A stretch of DNA of 63,621 nt, counting the filler, from Collodictyon triciliatum (taxonomy: Eukaryota): the NCBI GenBank assembly GCA_043381765.1. It is 4 parts of 4 records of this genome, joined end to end, with 100 filler letters (N's around TTAATTAATTAA, not from the genome) between each part and the next. Parts side by side here need not be neighbours in the genome. Positions count along the whole stretch, not along the records: positions 51,813 to 60,480 come from JBHJMP010000136.1; positions 60,581 to 63,621 come from JBHJMP010000166.1; 2 more parts are not named here. One strand, given 5' to 3'. The translations under genes were made by a program, and so were the position numbers. Within the stretch, counting starts at the first letter, position 1. Every line of letters starts with the position of its first letter. A model generated the notes under the pieces. The model did no database searches, was not told the origin of the DNA, and saw only the letters and a list, made by a program, of their open reading frames with translations. This document shows, piece by piece, positions 59,377 to 63,621 of this stretch.

Positions 59377-59956
59377 TGTGGGAGGGGGGGGGGGGGGGGG
59401 GGGGGGGGAAAGAACTTATTGCCTTTGTTTAGAATGACAACTGTCCTACAAACTGTTTACTTAATTTCACAATGCGCACCCAAATATTCGCAGATATTTT
59501 TGATCGAGGTGTCCGTTTGGCGTTGGATAAAGTCGAAGGTAATTGCATCTACAAGCCAAACTTCATCACACGCTAAGTGTTTCTAATATATATGTTTGTA
59601 TTTGGATTACTGAAAGAGACGTATTTCAATCTTTTATAGCCAACCCGAACGAAAAGAAGACTTTGATGCAATGTGAGCGCGTGAATATGGGTGAAAATAT
59701 TCGCCTTCTTCGATCCGTGAAACAGCAATTAAATGGTTCGCATTTAGCGGAGATAATAATGTTTTTTTTTCCTCCTCCTTTTTATAGCCCTATGCAATAC
59801 ATTACCTCTATAATTGGTTAAGAGAAGCAGTATATGATTGAATCCTCATTCTGCTTTGTTTTGTTCATACTATCTTCAAATCTTATCTAAGTGGTTATTG
59901 CACGATACGATTCCTTAGATTTCATCGAGGAATTAAAAAAGGATAAGAGCATGTAA
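52095..59956 (+). CDS. OPA1: OPA1-type mitochondrial inner-membrane dynamin GTPase (~30 exons; 5' start uncertain)
   Basis: KSSIVELYSRLLD...[79 protein letters not shown].TDLV...[58 protein letters not shown]. Nearly colinear with human OPA1 as recalled. Confidence 0.93.
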
Positions 59957-60427
59957 GCTGGTTGGCTTCTCACTGCATCTGCTTTTCACAATCCATCTCA
60001 CGTATCGTGCGTTAAAGGGGATAGAAGGAGAATAAAAAAAAATCATAAATAAACTATCTAAATAATGGGAGGCTTGAAACCAGCCATGACATAAAAGCGA
60101 GCACACCTTGATTTATTTTTCAAGTATAATGATTCTTTCTACTCAGCAATCTTAATTGCCTCACCCCTTTTCCTTTCTTTTTCATCGGCCTTTCATATTT
60201 CTCAGTTTCCATTGCCAAGGTTTCAACATGAAATCACTTACCTCATGAGAAATATATTGCCGAGCATATTTTGGAAAGGTTGGGTTGAAATAAGAGAATT
60301 AAAACGAAACAAAAAGAAGAATATATAGTTTCCATATTAGATTATTTCACGACACATTTCTAATGCTGTATTTTAGTTCATGCATTCTTTTATCTCGCGA
60401 CAAACAACAATTTTTTTCTTTTGAGCT

Positions 60428-62496
60428 TTAATCCTTAGCGAAGTAAGTCCGGCCTCTACAAGCTGCGATTCGGATGATGANNNNNNNNNNNNNNNNNNNN
60501 NNNNNNNNNNNNNNNNNNNNNNNNTTAATTAATTAANNNNNNNNNNNNNNNNNNNNNNNNNNNNNNNNNNNNNNNNNNNNTTGAATTCGTCCGACGTTCA
60601 AATAATATGAGAATGAAAAGTATGGATATGGATTTAAATGTATTTTATGGTTTTGTGTGTCTAGTATATTTCAGACAAGGGACCTACGATGTTGATGATT
60701 GCGAACCAATCGTCCAAGGAACTAGATTCGCTTGGGATGATGGCCACCAAACCAGGGAAGAGGGATAATGTGATTCCGAATGAAGAAAAGACAAGTGCAG
60801 CAGTTTTCCATACCTTCTCAAAGACGACCCAGTAAGGTATTTTCAATTCTCGAAAACTTTCCTGACCTTGAAAATGAAATTATCAGTATGTGGCGACATC
60901 GTGTCGTAAACGAAGTGATTGTGATAAAAATGATTGAATATAGAAAAAATTAAGATTACTAGGAGATATCAAAAGCGCAGTTGATTCGTTGATATTGTAG
61001 CTGTTAATTGATTGGCGGGATATCCTAGAGGAATGGTTGCTTTTTTCTTTATACTGTGTACATTTCATCAAGTTAATAAGCAGATAGAGTGCCTTTTGGT
61101 CTAATACGAAAATTTATACATTTATTTAAAAAGACTAATCTTACGCCCAAGGTGGGTGTCGGAATAGAGATGGTAGCCCTCCCAAGCCCAACTTGAATAA
61201 ACTGCATTCCGATCAGAATACGGTAACCTTTTATTAGAAATTTAGAGTCAAAAAATAGGAAAGTATAGATTTTTGAAGACAAGTGACTCTGGCTAAGAAG
61301 CGTACCAAGAATGCACAAGAAGAGTGCGAATGCGGCGATGGAAAAGTATATGACAGAACTCAGCCGCAGGTCTAAAGAAAGCATCGATTGAAAGTTCGTT
61401 TATCATAATAGGTTTAAAGGTGAGATTTAGGAATGTTATTTAGATACAGCAGATTTCATTTGAGATAATCATAGAATCATACGCCACTTACCATCCGACA
61501 AAGCCAGCTTAGTGGTAATACGGAGTAAAGCGATTAAAATGCCTACGAAGCCGCATCCTGTTTCAAATAGTTTTTTTTAAAAAAAAAATTCCGATACAAC
61601 TCACGAAATAGAGAAAACCAAGAATGAAGAGAATTAGATGAAGTTTTCAGAAACCTCATTTGATTCTAGGGGAAAGAAAAAATTCCCCAGTGAATTTTAC
61701 ATCCAATTAAAATAGTGGTGTTTCTTGTTTACCAGTCATTACAGCCTGCGTGTAGATTGGAGGGAACGCCCCAAGTAGAGCAAATACACTTCCAAATACA
61801 ACGTTAGTCGAGACACCTGTAATTTATTTTTTGTAATAGAATAATCAATATGAACAGAATAGCTTGATTAGTGATATTGACTCATTAACATCTTGAGTGC
61901 TCACCAATCACAAAAACGCCTAACAAAACGATAACCAGCTTGATGTTTGTATCCAAAGGCATGTACGAAGCCACAGGAATCAGAACCAAAGCACCAAGTG
62001 CGATTGCATAGGACCATACAATCAACATGTCATAGGGCAGAGTTCGAGAGGAACGCACGCGGCTGATTGTGTACAACAAGGGAAGTGCACTTATATTATA
62101 AACCAGGGCAAAGGTGAAGCTGACTTCTGCGTCCGGATACTCATCATTGAAAAAGTCGATGGCGGTGATGATTGCATTCCATGGCGCTAGAATCCCGGTT
62201 CCAAGGAGGAGAAATATCCAATAGGCCCAACGTTCCTGGAAAGAAAAGAATCTATCAATGGACTCTGGGTAAATAAGGAAGTAATGAACACTCAAGCACA
62301 GATGTAACGAAGGAAATATTCGGATGTAATTTACAAAGCGAATGGAGTTAATAGTTTGTCAGAGAAGCAAGTTACTCTTATACTTTAATATTTGAAGAGA
62401 GGGATGAAGAGGAGAAATAATGAAGTGACAGACTTCTTTAGATGATTTCTCCGTGGATATTGGTAGAACTTGAGTGGTTGATTCACGGCCAGTCAT
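60428..62496 (-). CDS. Equilibrative nucleoside transporter (SLC29/ENT family); part of 3' half missing at spacer 60481-60580
   Basis: AYWIFLLLGTGILAPWNAIITAIDFF, GSVFALLGAFPPIYTQAVMTGCGFVG, SSVIYFSIA, FGITLSLFPG, DDWF. A candidate C-terminal fragment IIRIAACRGRTYFAKD* lies at 60428-60480. Confidence 0.9.
60481..60580. other. Artificial assembly spacer N44-TTAATTAATTAA-N44
   Basis: Same 100-nt block; interrupts the ENT gene. Confidence 0.95.
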
Positions 62497-63272
62497 CCGG
62501 CTCAAAGCTTCGAAGATAAAACTTTTATTAAGTGGAGTGCATCTTTGCTTGTGAGAGAGTAGAGCAAGAGAATAAAATAACGTAAAACGAGCGAGAATTT
62601 AAGAATGTTTCAATGATTAACACGCTGGGGCCAAATTAGTTTGATCGGGGTGACAAAGAGAGAAGGTTGGGAAGTCGACTAGGAGAGGGGCAAAACAAAA
62701 CAAAAAAAAAAAGGAGGAGGGAGGGCTGAATTAGAGCGGAAAGGAGTGAAGCAGAGGCAACAACTAAGCTTGTTCTGGTTGATGGTTCTTTGGGGCGCAC
62801 ATTGCACTGCGCAGAGTAATAAAATATAATAAAAATTCATAAACTTGCCTTTATCATATATTCTAAGTGCAGATGCTCTACGCTCATTCAGATAGAGAAA
62901 AGCAAGCCGCATCAAGGCTGGATTCTGCGATGACGTTTAGCGCACACAACCCCAATTCAAAAACGATGCCGAAAGGCATGAAAACGCTACCAAAACGCGT
63001 TTTTATGTGACACGTCGGTTGTGGCGTGGCATGTGGATATATAAGGCATGAATAACTCGTCAACTTTTTGGTCTTTCGTGGGGTTCGGCTTTTTGGTTCG
63101 GTGTGCAAGTAAAAGCCACAATTTGTTTCCAGGGTTGCATCGTTTGTTCCGTTGTAATAATATTGTCTTTTTATTGGTTTCTCTTCTACTGGAATCAAAA
63201 TAAAGAGAAGTTGTGATATGCTGGACGGAAACGACGGGATGGGGTGTGGTCAGCTACTTCATCTGCCAGTAA

Positions 63273-63413
63273 ATGATAAAGGAAATGGCACCAAGGAGAA
63301 GGAGTATTACTGCAATCAGCATCAGTTTGTTTGACACCATTCGCTTCCCCATGGATGTCATCACTCGCTTGGCATCGGAAATCTTGCTTTGTGCGTACCC
63401 CAACTATTCAGAG
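63273..63413 (+). CDS. Possible first exon of an unknown gene running off the window
   Basis: Open frame MIKEMAPRRRSITAISISLFDTIRFPMDVITRLASEILLCAYPNYSE ends at GAG|GTATT and is followed by a microsatellite-filled intron-like tract. No recognisable domain. Confidence 0.3.
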
Positions 63414-63460
63414 GTATTAAGAGAAAGCATGATTAGCAAAGCCATTGCATGTATTTTTTT

Positions 63461-63621
63461 TGTTTGTTTGTTTGTTTGTTTGTTTGTTTGTTTATTGTAT
63501 TGCATCGCATTGTATTGTATTGTTTTGTATTGTTTTGTATTGTTTTGTATTGTTTTGTATTGTTTTGTATTGTTTTGTATTGTTTTGTATTGTTTTGTAT
63601 TGTTTTGTATTGTTTTGTATT
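63461..63621. repeat. (TTTG)n then (TGTTTTGTAT)n tandem repeat
   Basis: Directly visible. Confidence 0.95.

Overview
Intron-rich, AT-rich nuclear DNA from a flagellated eukaryote, probably a protist. It uses the standard genetic code and has introns of about 100-350 nt and many microsatellites. The assembly is a draft with N-gaps and three artificial 100-nt N44-TTAATTAATTAA-N44 spacers. Manual exon reconstruction gives about 15 genes, in order: PH-C2-RasGAP (+), CD36/LIMP-2 scavenger receptor (-), an uncharacterised protein with ATP-grasp/TTL-like motifs and a split CxxC pair (+), IFT80 (+), a coiled-coil protein (-), a tandem CEP104-type TOG protein (+, 3' cut), POLA2 (+, 5' cut), NF-YA-like (-), a MAGL-like alpha/beta hydrolase lacking its catalytic serine (-), a TMX-like thioredoxin (+), BBS5 (-), an atypical eIF4E (-, 5' cut), an animal-type OPA1 dynamin (+), an ENT nucleoside transporter (-), and a possible first exon at the right edge. 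Most notable are the OPA1 that is colinear with the human protein in an apparently non-animal genome, the eIF4E whose eIF4G-binding face is rewritten, two probable pseudoenzymes, alternative C-terminal tails in two membrane proteins, and relaxed splice signals (frequent AAG acceptors, several GC-AG introns). All family assignments come from motif recognition and no searches were run.
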